A stretch of DNA of 57,334 nucleotides from Prorocentrum cordatum. Its lineage: Eukaryota. Location: assembly GCA_963575745.1 (NCBI GenBank), contig CAUYUJ010000036.1, forward strand, positions 62,001 to 119,334, in the 5' to 3' direction. The notes beneath the pieces are model-generated. The model had not been told where the DNA came from and did no database searches. It saw only the letters and a list, made by a program, of their open reading frames with translations. Positions 12,031 to 28,482 of this stretch are shown here, in pieces; positions within the stretch are counted from its first letter, which is position 1; the number at the start of each line of letters is the position of its first letter. The translations under genes and the position numbers were made by a program.

Positions 12031-13379
12031 GAGGCAGAGCAAATGGCGGCCAGGTGGCCGGAGGCCAGCCCTCACTGGTGGCTGTGGTCGCTGAAGCAAG
12101 CGGCGGGGGAACGCAAGAGGTCCAGCCGTTGCTGGCCGTGGGGCCAGAAGGCACTCCCAGGCTTGTCCGCTGCCGTTCCGCTGCTTGTCTGTTGCTCTTC
12201 TGGCTTGTTGCTTGTCCGTTGCCTGTCTGTTGCTTGTCTGTTGAGCTGGTTGCTTGTCCGTTGCTTGTCTGGCTTCGTGCCGAAGCCGTGCCCACTCCCA
12301 GTTGAGACGACCACCGCGGGTGATACCGTTCTCAAATGAAAGGAGGCTTTCAAGACTGTGCCTCCGAGGGCTCGCTCGAGGAGTTGATCTCAAGGCACGA
12401 GAGGAAGGCTTTCCACGGGTGGGATCGTTGAGCTCCGAGGAGTCGAAGGAGGCTGGGAGGGCCCCGGCCGTGAAGATAATAGGGGGGCCCATCCATATGG
12501 AGGCGGGTGTGACCCCAGCCGGCATCGTGCGGCGGGGGGCTGGACCCTACGTCGCATCTGCGAAGTTGTGCAAGTGATTCATGGGAGGCTGCCCGGGTCC
12601 CCTTGATGCTATCCTGTGGGAAGGTCCCGACATCTGTTTCCAGCAGGAATCCTTGGGAGGGGCCGATCCTAGAAGACAAGCGCCATAAACGCAAACTTTT
12701 TGGCGCTCCGCGCGAATTTCCTGGATCCGCGCTGCCCGCCCACCCCCCCCTGGCGCGCGGAGCGCGCCGGGGGCGGCGGCGGAGGCGCCGCCCGGGGGTC
12801 CCGGGAGAGATACGCGCGGAACGCCGAACACTTCTGTTCATGGCGTTTTTTCTTCTTCGGAGGAGGTTCCCGAAGATACCGGGTCCAGCGGAACACTCGG
12901 GAGGGGCCGATGCTTCGGAGAACGCCCGCGGCCTCCGCTGCCTCGCCGGTCGGGGCACGAATCGCTCTGACAGCGAAGTGTGACGGCGACCTGTAGGGAC
13001 GCGCGCTGGATACAAGACGCGTCTCCTCTCGCCGCCAACTCGAGGCTGGTGTACATAACGAGCCGTGGACGGCAACACCAACCACAGCATTTTGCTTCTG
13101 CCGGTACTTCGCTACCGGGTTCCTGTACAAGGCGTTCCTTTGCAAGCACGTCGTTTTCGGCACCGCCTGATCCCGAGGCTTTGCCTCCTCCTGGCCTTGC
13201 CGTGAGGCCGCGCTCCTTCTGATCACCCCCTCTTTGTTCATTCAAGCTTCGCGCGGCCCGCTTTAGCTTCGACCGGAAGAGGTGCGCTCGCGACCCGCGA
13301 ACCAAAAAACCTGTATAGGGACGCGCGCGGCCTGCGCTGGAAGAGCGCGGCCGCGGGGAAGAAGAGGCCCCCCTCCGTC

Positions 13380-13562
13380 CCCAGACCCCCGACGTAATGA
13401 ACTTTTCATTACGTCGACCCCAGAGTTCTCGACCCCTTCCCCAGGACCGGTTCGTCATCCTGAGGCTTTTTTTGACGCTCCCGGGGCCCGGCGAGGGCCC
13501 CCAGAGGCCAAAAACTGTGAAAAAACCATGCCTCGATTTTTTCGAGACGCCCGATGTCTGGG
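13380..13562 (-). mobile_element. MITE family A copy flanked by ~60-bp direct repeats
   Basis: CCCAGACCCCCGACG...GATGTCTGGG. Flanks 13317-13379 and 13563-13622 are near-identical. Confidence 0.85.
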
Positions 13563-13745
13563 AGGGACGCGCGCGGCCTGCGCTGGAAAAGCGCGGCCGC
13601 GGGGAAGAGGCCCCCCCCCGTCGGCGCGCAGCCTGCTCGGCGCAGCAGGAGCCACCGGGGCCCGGTGGAGGGCGGACCCCGGCAGCTCCCGCGGTGGGGC
13701 GCGGAGCGCGGGCGGCCGCGCCCCGGGGCCTGGGGGGCTCCTCCT

Positions 13746-14004
13746 CCCCGACTCCAGATCCGCCCTACTTTGACTTTTTCTCCAACGTAAAATTGCGTCG
13801 GAAATCCACCTATAAGAAGCCGAAGAAGTAGGGCGGAAATTTCTGCGCCCAACATAAAATAGGGCGGAAATCCACGGAAGTAGGGCGGAAACAGCAACAG
13901 CAAAGTAGGGCGGAAACTGGCATCAGCGGGGCTTGAAAAGTAAGGCGGAAATTCCAAACCCTACTTACGAATTTCCCCAAAGTAGGGCGGATCTGGAGTC
14001 AGGG
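13746..14004. mobile_element. MITE family B (26-bp TIR, CCC...GGG, TSD CT)
   Basis: GACTCCAGATCCGCCCTACTTT (13750-13771) is perfectly inverted at 13979-14000 and extends to CCC/GGG ends. CT at 13744-13745 and 14005-14006. Internal TAGGGCGGAAA repeats. Confidence 0.85.
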
Positions 14005-14007
14005 CTC

Positions 14008-14711
14008 CCCAGGCCCCCGACGCCGTGATTTTTCCACAACGTCGACCCCCGCCCCAGACCCCCTCGAGCAGTGAAAAGATCACGACGGGAGGTTTTTCGC
14101 CATTTTCGGCCTCGGGGGGCCCTCGCCGGGCCTCGGGAGCGTCAAAAAACGACTCAGGAGGACAAACCGGTCCTGGGGAAGGGGTCGGGACCTCTGGGGG
14201 TCGACGTAATGAAAAAATCATTACGTCGGGGGTCTGGGTCCCCAGGCCCCCGATGCCGTGATTTTTCCACAACGTCGACCACCGGAGGTCTGACCCCTTC
14301 CCCGGGACCGGTTTCTCGTCCCGAGTCCCTTCGTTGTGGGACGGCCCCGAGGCCCGGGAAGGGCCCCAGGAGGCCGAAAACAACGAAAAACATGCCGCGG
14401 CGATTTTTCCACAACGTCGACCCCCAGAGATCTGGACCCCGTCCCCGGGACCGGTTTCTCGTCCCGAGTCCCTTCGTTTTGGGACGGCCCCGAGGCCCGG
14501 GAAGGGCCCCAGGAGTCCGAAAACAACGAAAAACATGCCGCGGCGATTTTTCCACAACGTCGACCCCCAGAGATCTGGACCCCGTCCCCGGGACCGGTTT
14601 CTCGTCCCGAGCCGTTTTTGGACGGCCCCGAGGCCCGGGAAGGGCCCGCAGAGGCCGAAACTACCGAAACACCTCCCGTCGTGATTGTATCGCAGCGCGA
14701 GGGGGTCTGGG
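14008..14711. mobile_element. Cluster of MITE family A copies including a ~143-bp internal triplication
   Basis: Partial end 14008-14052, full copy 14053-14238, expanded copy 14241-14711 with GATTTTTCCACAACGTCGACC at 14260, 14402 and 14545. Confidence 0.8.
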
Positions 14712-14822
14712 ATCGATCTTCGAGCCTCGATCGCTTGGCAGATCACTCCTTCAAGTCTTTGCGGGCCCCAGGGGGCCTCCAGAGGCCTGCAGAGGCTCGG
14801 GTGCCCCCCGTGGGAGCCTCGC

Positions 14823-15906
<1,084 letters not shown>

Positions 15907-16659
15907 AGCCTCAGCCTTGGTCGTCGTCGGCTGGCGAGCGAAGGTCGGGGTCCGCTGCGGCTCCTACGGCGGTGGCTGGGTCGGGGCTCCGCCGCCACTC
16001 TCCGGGCTTCCAGGCGCCGCCGCGGTGCCCCATGGCCACGGCCTCGATGGCGGCTGGCAGGGGCCGCTGCGACCCACCCGCACGCACGCACGCACGCACA
16101 CTTTTTTGCGTCGGCGGCTGGGCAGAGGTTACTGCTCCGGCGATGTGGCACCATTAGTGGGGCGCGCAAAATGCAGATTGGGCCGCGGTGCACGAGGGAA
16201 GAGGACGGAAGACCGGCGCAGGCGGGAAGAGAGGAAACCAGGGCCCGCTCAGGCAAGTCCGAGCGGCGGGCACGCACTCACACAGACAGACAGACAGACC
16301 CTGCGCCCAACTCCGCCCCTTCATCCTCGAAGTGGTCCTTGTGCCCCTCCATGGGCAGTGCGGCAGAGCCGCGATGACCCTTCAAAGCTGAGCTTCAGAG
16401 GTTTCCCTGACCACCTCCTCATCGTTATCCGATAATCCCCTCTCCATGTCCTCTGCGCCCAGAGACCTACAATCAAAGTCTTGCCGCACGTATTGTTAGG
16501 TAAGGAAGAACATCAGAAATCTGTGCACAGATAGATGAGGGACGTCAGGGGAAAAAACTTGAGAGTCCCTTTCGAAACCAACGTGGGCCTTATCCCCAAG
16601 CCCTGGCTGCACCCGCGCTTGCCCAAATCTTCGATTACCTTCAGAATCTGCGGCCGACT

Positions 16660-16690
<31 letters not shown>

Positions 16691-17130
16691 TCACGAGGAC
16701 CAGGACGACAACGACGACGACGACGACGAGGACCAGGACGACAACGACGACGACGACGACGACGAGGACGAAGACGACGACGACGACCACGATGGCGGCG
16801 ACGATGACGACGACGGCGACGACGGCGACGACGACGACGACGAGAACGACGACGACCGCGAGGCTCCCACGGGGGGCACCCGAGCCGGGGCCCGCAAAGA
16901 CTTGAAGGTGTGATCTGCAAGCGATCGAGGCTCGAAGATCGAGCCCAGACCCCCTCGCGCGGTGAGGAGTCACGACCGGAGGTGCTTCGCTATATTCTCG
17001 GCCTCCGAGAGCCCTTCCCGGGCCTCGGGGCCGTCCGGAAACGACTCGGGATGAAACACTGGTCCCGGGGAGAGGGTCCATACCTCTGGGGGTCGACGCT
17101 GCGAAAAAATTACGGCTTCGGGGGTCTGGG
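16660..17130 (+). mobile_element. Composite unit ((GAC)n + ~85-bp linker + MITE A 16944-17130), inverted homolog of ~14545-15066
   Basis: The reverse complement contains TCGATCTTCGAGCCTCGATCGCTTG...CCTTCAAGTCTTTGCGGGCCC...GGTGCCCCCCGTGGGAGCCTCGCGGTCGTCG, as at 14713-14830. Confidence 0.8.
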
Positions 17131-17131
17131 A

Positions 17132-17400
17132 TCGATGCCGGGTTCTGGGGGCGAGGCTCCCAAGAGGCCCCCGAGAGGCTCCCCAAGAGGCCCCAGACCT
17201 CCTCCCCACAGGGCCTGCGATCGATGTCGGCTTCTGGGGGCTTGGCTCCCAAGAGGCTCCCCAGAGGCCCCAGACCTCCTCCCCACAGGGCCTGCGATCG
17301 ACGTCGGCTTCTGGGGGCGAGGCTCCCAAGAGGCTCCCCAGAGGCCCCAGACCTCCTCCCCATGGGGCCCCCGAGAGGCTTCCGAAGAGACCCCGAGAAG
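17132..17400 (+). repeat. ~77-90-bp tandem repeat, 3 copies
   Basis: Units start at about 17132, 17221 and 17298 (TCGA.G.CGG.TTCTGGGGG...CCCAAGAGGC...CCCCAGACCTCCTCCCCA). Confidence 0.8.
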
Positions 17401-17805
17401 CATCCCTGAGGGCTCTGGCCCACGTCCGCGTCGTCGCCGCCGCCGCAGCCGTTGCCGTCGTCGTCCCCCTTCAGGGTCGGCGGCACGTTCGTAAGGCCTC
17501 CGAAGATCGATGTCGGCTTCCGGTGGCTCAGCTCGATCGGACCCCGTGGCCGTCAAGCATCGATCGGGGATGGAAGCGCGGTCACGACAGACCCTGGGAG
17601 GGGTCTGGAGGAGGAGGAGGAGGAGGAGGAGGAGGAGGAGGAGGAGGAGGAGGAGGAGGAGGCGGAGGAGGAGGAGGGGGAGGAGGAGGAGGAGGAGGAG
17701 GAGGAGGAGGAGGAGGGGAGTGGACGGATTCTGCTTCGGATTCATGCCATTGGAGAGGGCCCCCGAACTCGATGGACCCGACCATCCCTCGGACCTCCAC
17801 CGAAC

Positions 17806-17832
17806 CTCGGTCAGCCCTTGAACCTCAGTCGC
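17806..17832 (-). CDS. Candidate 27-nt micro-exon (ATEVQGLTE)
   Basis: TTTTTTGTTGGTGCAG|G acceptor and GAG|GT donor. Confidence 0.3.
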
Positions 17833-17932
17833 CTGCACCAACAAAAAACATAACCCTCGACCCCACGAGGCCTCGCTCCCCGAGCCTGTATGATCGACGC
17901 TCGGTGCCCCGCGCCTCGACGGTCTACGCCCT

Positions 17933-18091
17933 GCCGAATGCTTAAGGAAATCATGGGTTAAGAAATTATTAGTCTCAGAAGTTGAATAAAAACCCAAAAT
18001 AATTCTATCAAATCTTAGGATTTACATTGAAACATAAGAATAAAACTGGTGAGACTCTGGCCGAAAATTTTACGTTTTCTTAAGCATCGGC
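17933..18091. mobile_element. AT-rich MITE-like insert
   Basis: GCCGAATGCTTAAG versus CTTAAGCATCGGC inverted ends around an AT-rich core in a GC-rich background. Confidence 0.5.
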
Positions 18092-18126
18092 CTAAGGTGT
18101 ATGCCCCGAAGCGCGTGCCCTCCTGC

Positions 18127-18455
18127 GAGCCTCGATGCTCGATTTTCGAGCCTCCAGCCTCGACGTTCGATGCTCGAGCCTCGATGCTCGATTTTCGAGC
18201 CTCCAGCCTCGACGTTCGATGCTCGAGCCTCGATGCTCGATTTTCGAGCCTCCAGCCTCGACGTTCGATGCTCGAGCCTCGATGCTCGATTTTCGAGCCT
18301 CCAGCCTCGACGTTCGATGCTCGAGCCTCGATGCTCGATTTTCGAGCCTCCAGCCTCGACGTTCGATGCTCGAGCCTCGATGCTCGATTTTCGAGCCTCC
18401 AGCCTCGACGTTCGATGCTCGAGCCTCGATGCTCGAGCCTCGGGCCTCGAGCCTC
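18127..18455 (+). repeat. 49-bp higher-order repeat (7 x 7-mer), six copies plus a partial one
   Basis: GAGCCTC-GATGCTC-GATTTTC-GAGCCTC-CAGCCTC-GACGTTC-GATGCTC with period 49 from 18127 to 18420. Confidence 0.95.
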
Positions 18456-18639
18456 GGACGCAGCCCCCCCCCGCAGGCGATCCTGGTGCGCGGTCGCCCA
18501 CCCCGTGGCCGCGACGGGGCCCGCGTGCGGGAGGTGCGCCGCGCGAGCGTGTCCTTCGGCGCCGCCGCCGCCATCGCCGCCGCCGTCGTCTTTGTTGTCG
18601 TCGGCGTCGGCGTCGTCGCCGTCGCCGTCCCGCCGTCTC

Positions 18640-21855
<3,216 letters not shown>

Positions 21856-22332
21856 CTCCCTTGTGCTACTGCCCCTCGACTTAGGATTTGTCAGGACGCA
21901 CCAGTCATTTTGATTCGCGAAGTTGAAGTCCTAGGAATGTTGTTCTGGCACGAGTGAAGATTATGAGAGGGTTCGCTTCCAAAGGGGGAGTTCCCGCAAT
22001 GAAAGACCAAAGATCTATGAAGAGGGAACTTGGGGAGATGTTTTCTTGCAACACCGTGGCTACGTCTTGCGTTTGCACTGGTCGTCTTCCTCCGCCTCCT
22101 CCTCCTCCTACTCTTCCTCTTCCTCTTCATCCTCCTCCTCCTCCTCCTCCTCCTCCTCCTCCTCCTCCTCCTCCTCCTCCTCCTCCTCCTCCTGGTCCGC
22201 ATCCTCCTCCTCCCGGAATCGACGGCGCTTCCGTGGTGCGCCCCGCGCCGCAGAGATGCGTTCGCAGCCCCACGTACGAGGGAATCGGCGACACGCTGGA
22301 CATGCTTCGGGTGCTGCCAGAAGCCCACCGAC

Positions 22333-22550
22333 CTTCGTTCCGTTTCGGCACTCCTGGAGCCCTCTGCACAGGAGCGAAATACACATGAGCCTGCACGTTC
22401 GAAGCCCGCGCGGATTTACTGGATCGGAGCTGGACACCCGCGGCGCCAGAGGAGCCGGCAGGGGGGATCAAGCGCCGATCCAAGAAATCCGCACACAGAC
22501 CTCCGAGAGTTCTGTTCGCATCCTTGCGGAACTGCTCTTCGTGCCTCGGC
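22333..22550 (-). CDS. Candidate exon pair 22550-22501 and 22390-22333 separated by a 110-nt GT-AG intron
   Basis: AG|G acceptors and AG|GT donors; combined length 108 nt. All three frames are open, so the product is undetermined. Confidence 0.3.
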
Positions 22551-23558
22551 CTCGTGAGGGGTGCGCCGAGGCCGTGAGTGGAACACCGTGTGGACACCTC
22601 GGGGCCAAAGGGGGGCACCTCCGGCAAACTCCGAGGCACTCTGGCAGTGCGGCCCCCGTGCGGGGCGCGCGTGAAACCCGGGCCCGCGGCCACCGCCTCC
22701 TCGGCCTGGCCCCGCCCCCGCGGCACGAGGAGGGCCCCTCACGCGCCGACCGCATCGATGGCGGGGAGCACCTGCGGACCCGGGCCCGGCCCGGCCCCAC
22801 CCTCTGCCCTTCCCTGACGCGAGGGCAGCGAGCCGCCCAGATCTCCGACGACCCGATGTCTTCTAGCCCGGCGCACGTCTTCGGTTTCGGCCTGCGGGGC
22901 CCGCGATCCGGCCCCCGGCCCACCCAACATGAAACCGGGGCGCAGAACTAGAGCCCCAGGGAGGGGTTCGAGAGAGCTCTGGAACCGCGGATGGACAAAG
23001 CAGATCGGGGGATGCTTGGGCCCGGCACCGCCCCTCCCTGGCGGCCAGGGGAGACGAAACCCATACACCGAGACTCCACACAAAGAGAGTCCTACGTTTC
23101 TTCCTCCTCCTCCTCCTCCAACACCTCCTTTTTCCTGCTCCTCGTCCTCCTCCTCCTCCTCCTCCTCCTCCTCGTTCTCCTCCTCCTCCTATTCCTCCTC
23201 CTCTTCATCCTCATCCTCCTCATCCCATCGCCGATCAGATCGGCAGTTTATAACTGCACATCGTTTGTTTGAAAACCCTTCGCTGCGCATCAGATATAAC
23301 TCCCCTGTGGACTCCACAAAGAGCGCTGCTCTCGTACATCAGCACTGCCTCGCACCGTCGCCGTGACGTTTGGAGCGTGTTTCTGGGCATCCCCACAACC
23401 AGCATTGGAATCGAATAGATGCACCGCCTCAGCGCGCCTGCATGTAGAATGGGGATGTGCCCCTCCCCCTATGCAGGTTGCCTACACCGCCCGTTCCTGC
23501 TGCCCCCGCGTCCCTTCATCTATCGCTTCCCTAGTGACCGCCTCTCTCTCTCTCTCTT

Positions 23559-23594
<36 letters not shown>

Positions 23595-24602
23595 GCTCTC
23601 TCTCACTCTCTCTCTCTCTCTCTGTCTCTCTCAACCCCCTTCTCTCTCCCATCATCCGCTCTCTCATAGCCGCATTTCCCACCACCACCACCAAGCCCCA
23701 TCCCCGCTACCTGATTTCCCGCATGCTCTTTCCCATCATTCCACCTTATCTCTGAAGATTCCATCCGCGCTGAACCGGTCACTGTCCACCCACAGAAAAG
23801 GGTCTCCACGTTCGCGCAAGTCTCTCTCGAATGGTGGACGCTATTTCTGCCCCCCTCAGTCAGGGACAACAGGCATCACCACAGAGCGGCGATCAACACA
23901 CGTTAACGTTCGCATACAGGGGCCAGCCACCATTCAGGCTGCGCACTCCGCCAGTCTCCTCCTCCTTCTCCTCCTCCTCCTCCTCATCATCCTACTGGTA
24001 CTCCCCCTCCTCCTCCTCCTCCTCCTCGACGGCGGTCGGCTCGCGGCCGCTGTTGCGATGGCGTGGGACTCAGCCTGGCCAGGGCTGCGGCTTCCAGAGC
24101 GGACGGCATCAGGGTCCAAATGATCAGGCCGCACCCGCCATGTCTCGGGCAGACCGCTCTTATCGCTTCAGACCCTGGGGGATCCCTTACCCGATTAGGG
24201 CGGCGGTGATATCCATGGCGAGTCCACGATTGGGGCTCCGCCGGCTTCCAGACCCTGGATTCCTCACCAGATGGTTGCCTATATCCCACGCCCTCACTGT
24301 AGGCACGGCCCCGGTGCCCACGAGTGCAGGGGGCTTCGCGGGGGGAGAGGAAGGAGCGAGGAGGGGAGGGGAGGGGAGAGGAGGAGGGAAGGAGGAGCAC
24401 GGAGGAGGCGAGGAAGGGAGGGGGAAGGGAGGCAGAACAGGGGAGGGGAGGGAGCGCGGAGGGAGGGAGGGGGGGAAGAGGGGGGAGGGGGGGGGAGGCG
24501 CGGAGGAGGGGAGAGGCGAGAGGCCGAGCGCGCGAGCGAGCGCTGCCCTCGTGGAGCCCGACGGGCGGGCCCCACGAGGGCAGCGCGGGCGGGCTGGGCC
24601 CC

Positions 24603-25023
<421 letters not shown>

Positions 25024-25272
25024 TCATTTTAAGACTGTTCGCCCTTATCTGCTCGAGTGTCGAATAACGCGAATTTCCCAAACCCTCGATACCCGCCTTT
25101 TTCGTCTTCGATCGAACCCCTTTTGGGGGGTATACCTTTCTTCCCTGCAGGCCGGGCCCCGGCAAGCGGCGGGGCGGCCGCGGACCGTCGGCCTGGCCAG
25201 CGGCAGCGCTGATCGGCGGGGCGGCCGCGGACCGTCGACCCGACCCCAAGAGGGACGGACAGGGGACCGACC

Positions 25273-25321
<49 letters not shown>

Positions 25322-26616
25322 CAACGACGGCGACGGCGACGACGACGACGAGCGAAAGCGAGAGCGAGAGAGAACGACAGCAGAGCCACGAAGGACACGA
25401 AGTAGGCCACGAAGGGCGACACCGGGGACACGAAGGGAATGCGTATGGGGCCACGAAGAGCGCGAACGAGCGTGGGCCACGAAGGGCAAATGACGCGGGG
25501 CCACAGAAAGCAATGATGGGGCCACTGAAGGTAGCACCTGGGCCACGTAGGACAATGAGGGGGCCACAAACGGCGACACCGGGGCCACGAAGGGCATGCA
25601 AGTGGGGCCACAACGGGCGCGAACGAGCGGGGGCCACGAAGGGCATACGTATGTTGGGCCGCGGAGGGTAAGGACGGGGCCACTATGGGCAGCAACGCGG
25701 ACACGAACGGCAGCGAGGGGGCCACGAAGGGTGACAGCGGGGCCACGAAGGGCATGCATATGGGGCCACCACGGGCGCGAACGAGCGGGGGCCACGAAGG
25801 ACATACATATATGGGGCCACGAAACAAAGCGAGGGGGACACGAAGGGCTGCAACGGGGCCACGAAGGGCAGCGAGGGGGCCACGAAGGGCTGCAACGGGG
25901 CCACGACGGGCTGCAACGGGGCCACGGAGGGCAGCGAGGGGGCCACGAAGGGCTGCAACGGGGCCACGAAACAAAGCGAGGGGGCCACGAAGGGCTGCAA
26001 CGGGGCCACGAAGGGCAACGAGGAGGCCACTAGGGGCTGCAACGGGGCCACGAAACAAAGCGAGGGGGCCACGAAGGGCTGCAACGGGGCCACGAAACAA
26101 AGCGAGGGGGCCGCGAAGGGCTGCAACGGGGCCACGAAGGGCAGCGAGATCCCCATTCCTAGGTAATCTGTGAAGGAGTCCTAAGCGTGAGCGCGACTCC
26201 TGGGTGCCTGGGTGTCGGGAGCGCGGCGCTGGAGTAAATTGCAAGAAATTCCAACGCAAGGGCGCTATTTTTCAGCAAATTGCAAGCAAGTCTCCAGCGA
26301 GAGCGCGACTCCAGAGCGCAGGAGGAGCGATTCCTGAATAAATCGTAAGGAAGTCCCAAGCGAGAGCGCGATTCTTGAATAAAATGCGAGGAAGTCTCGG
26401 GCGGAAGCGGGGGTCCTGGCTAAATTGTGAGGAAGTCTCAGGCGGGAGCCGTTGTTGTTGTAACCCGGGGGCCAGGGGGCCAGTTTGAGCAGGAAGACTT
26501 TCCTTGACCAAAAAAAAACAAGGTGCGAGCCCCGGCGGGGGCACTTCAATTGAAAAAAAACGATGTGCACCGGTGAGGGGGGATCAACAATAATAATTCT
26601 TCAAGAGTGAGAGTTC

Positions 26617-26618
<2 letters not shown>
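25024..26618 (+). mobile_element. Dispersed monomer of the ~650-bp array unit, interrupted by a ~1 kb insert
   Basis: 25024-25150 matches the unit head (TTAAGACT...CCCTCGATACCCGCC...TTCGTCTTCGATCG). 26150-26618 matches the unit tail (GAGCGCGATT...GGTGCGAGCCCCGG...TTGAAAAA..CGATG...GATCAACAA). Flanked by (AAC)n on both sides. Confidence 0.75.
25385..26147 (+). repeat. 21-bp minisatellite with GGGGCCACGAA core
   Basis: Alternating variants GGGGCCACGAAGGGCTGCAAC and GGGGCCACGAAACAAAGCGAG. Confidence 0.9.
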
Positions 26619-26647
<29 letters not shown>

Positions 26648-26712
26648 GCAGCAACAACAGCAGCAGCAACAACAACAACAATACAGCTGATGGTCTGTCG
26701 CCGGCGGGGGGT

Positions 26713-26893
26713 CCCAGGCCCTCGACGTCACGACTGGCTCGTAACGCTGGCCACGAGGAAGTCTCGACTGCCTCCCTGGGGCCGGCTTCTGTTCCTGAGT
26801 CGCCTCTGACCTGACGGTCCCGGGGACCAGCGAGGGCCTCCAGAGCCCGAAAGATCGCAGAACAGATCCAACCGTGCGCGAGGGGGTCTTGGG
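26713..26893 (-). mobile_element. Diverged MITE family A copy (TSD GT)
   Basis: CCCAGGCCCTCGACG...GAAGTCTCGAC...TGACGGTCCC...GAGGGGGTCTTGGG. GT at 26711-26712 and 26894-26895. Confidence 0.65.
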
Positions 26894-28482
26894 GTGGAGG
26901 ACGCTCTGCGGTTGGGAACTGTTCCTTGGCGTGTCGCGGCGGCCGCCCCGGCGGGGAGGGAGGAGGGGGAGGAGGAGGAGGGGAGGAGGAGGAGGAGGAG
27001 AAGGAGGAGGAGGAAGAGGAGGAGGAGGAAAATAAGGAGGAGGAGGGAGGGGGGGGTCAGGGTCACGAGCTTTTGCTTGGCGTGTCGGGCCTCCTGCTCT
27101 CTCCCCGTGCTCCCGCCTCAGTCTTCACCACCCTTCCTCACTCTTCCTCTCCCTCCTCCCTCCTCCCTCCTCCCTCCTCCTCCCTGTATCCCTCGTCCTC
27201 CCTTGCCCGCCTCGCTTATCACTTGTGACTCCTCCTCCCTTTATCCTCCCCTCCTCCCTTTATCCTCCCCTCCTCCCTCAGTCCCCCAACCGCAAAGGCG
27301 GCGAGCCATGATCTGGCAGCAGCAGAACTAGGCCAGAGCATCCATGTTCCCTCACACCCCTCGCAGCTGCCATCATGGGGGCTGCTTGGGGCCCACCCTC
27401 TCCCACCAATTCACCAGTACACCACGCCGTCAATAGGCACTGGAGGGGACCAGGGACTCCTTTGTGGACCCTCGGCCAGAGAAGACGTCCATAAAAAAGA
27501 GTCCAAACGCACCGCCACCTTCGTCATCTACACCGTAGACCAGTACACCAGTCAACCAGTTCCTCACATGCCTCTTCGCCTTCACTGAGTCCCCCTCCCC
27601 CCCTCTGCCTCAGCGTTCATGGCGCTGGGCAGGCGCAGGCCGCCTCGGGAGGGGCAGGGAGACCGTGCCACGGGAGGCCGGACAGGGCAGGCTGCAGCCC
27701 AGAGCCGCTGCCAGCACCGACCTTGGCCGCAGGGCCGGGTGCTGAGCACAGCAGATGCTCCAGAGAGCAGGAGGGGCCCAGCTGCGGGGGGCCCGGGACG
27801 GCCCCGACCCCGCACCGCGGCCCTCGGGCCGCCTGCGGGTGGGGTCGGCTCCTGCGACGCTCGTCGGCGCCGCTTGGAGGGAGGGCTCGTGGCCCTCCCT
27901 CCGAGGCCGGGCGATGGCTGGTCGCGCGGCTCCACCTCGGACTCCCCCCAGAGCCAAGGTCCCCCAGAAGGCCCGCATCCTGCCCCAGAGGTCCGATGTC
28001 TTGAACTGCTCAGTGCGCTGTACGGCAGCCACGGGGGCCCGGCGAGGAACTTCGCAAGAATGGCGTCCTGAATGTGTCGATACGCTAGAGGTCTGGGCTG
28101 GTCCTCACTCATTCCTCTATCCCTCTATCCTCAGGGGCGCGCAAACATGGATTAGCGATCCATGGATCTGGCGCGCGGTCGCCAAATCCATTGATCGAGG
28201 GATGCCCTCCCCAAAATGCGGCCGGTGCCGCCTCGTCCGGCGGCGGAAGCCCGCAACTTCCCATTGAAACGGAACTCGTCGCTAACCCACGCCCCCGTGA
28301 TCCGTGTTTGCGATCGCCTGACTCTATCCTCCCTCCGTCCTCATCCGCGGCCGCGGGCCTGCTGGTGCCTCGCCTTGGATATCCCCTCCTCGTCCGGCTC
28401 CCGCCAGCGGTGGTCCTCGGCGGGGCGCCACCGAGGGCCGGGCACCGCCGCGTGGCGCGGGACGCTTCCAGTGGCCCACCAC

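Noticed and set aside
12290..13280. Non-repetitive stretches with plausible peptides
   Set aside because: No identifiable domain or consistent frame; cannot distinguish exon from decayed transposon.
25385..26147. Repeat protein or CRISPR reading of the 21-bp array
   Set aside because: Open on both strands because of period and GC content; the variable parts recur rather than being unique.
27300..27600. Protein-like minus-strand stretch (RHVRNWLTGVLVYGVDDEGGGAFGLFF)
   Set aside because: The frame closes after about 50 codons and shows no recognisable motif or clear splice sites.
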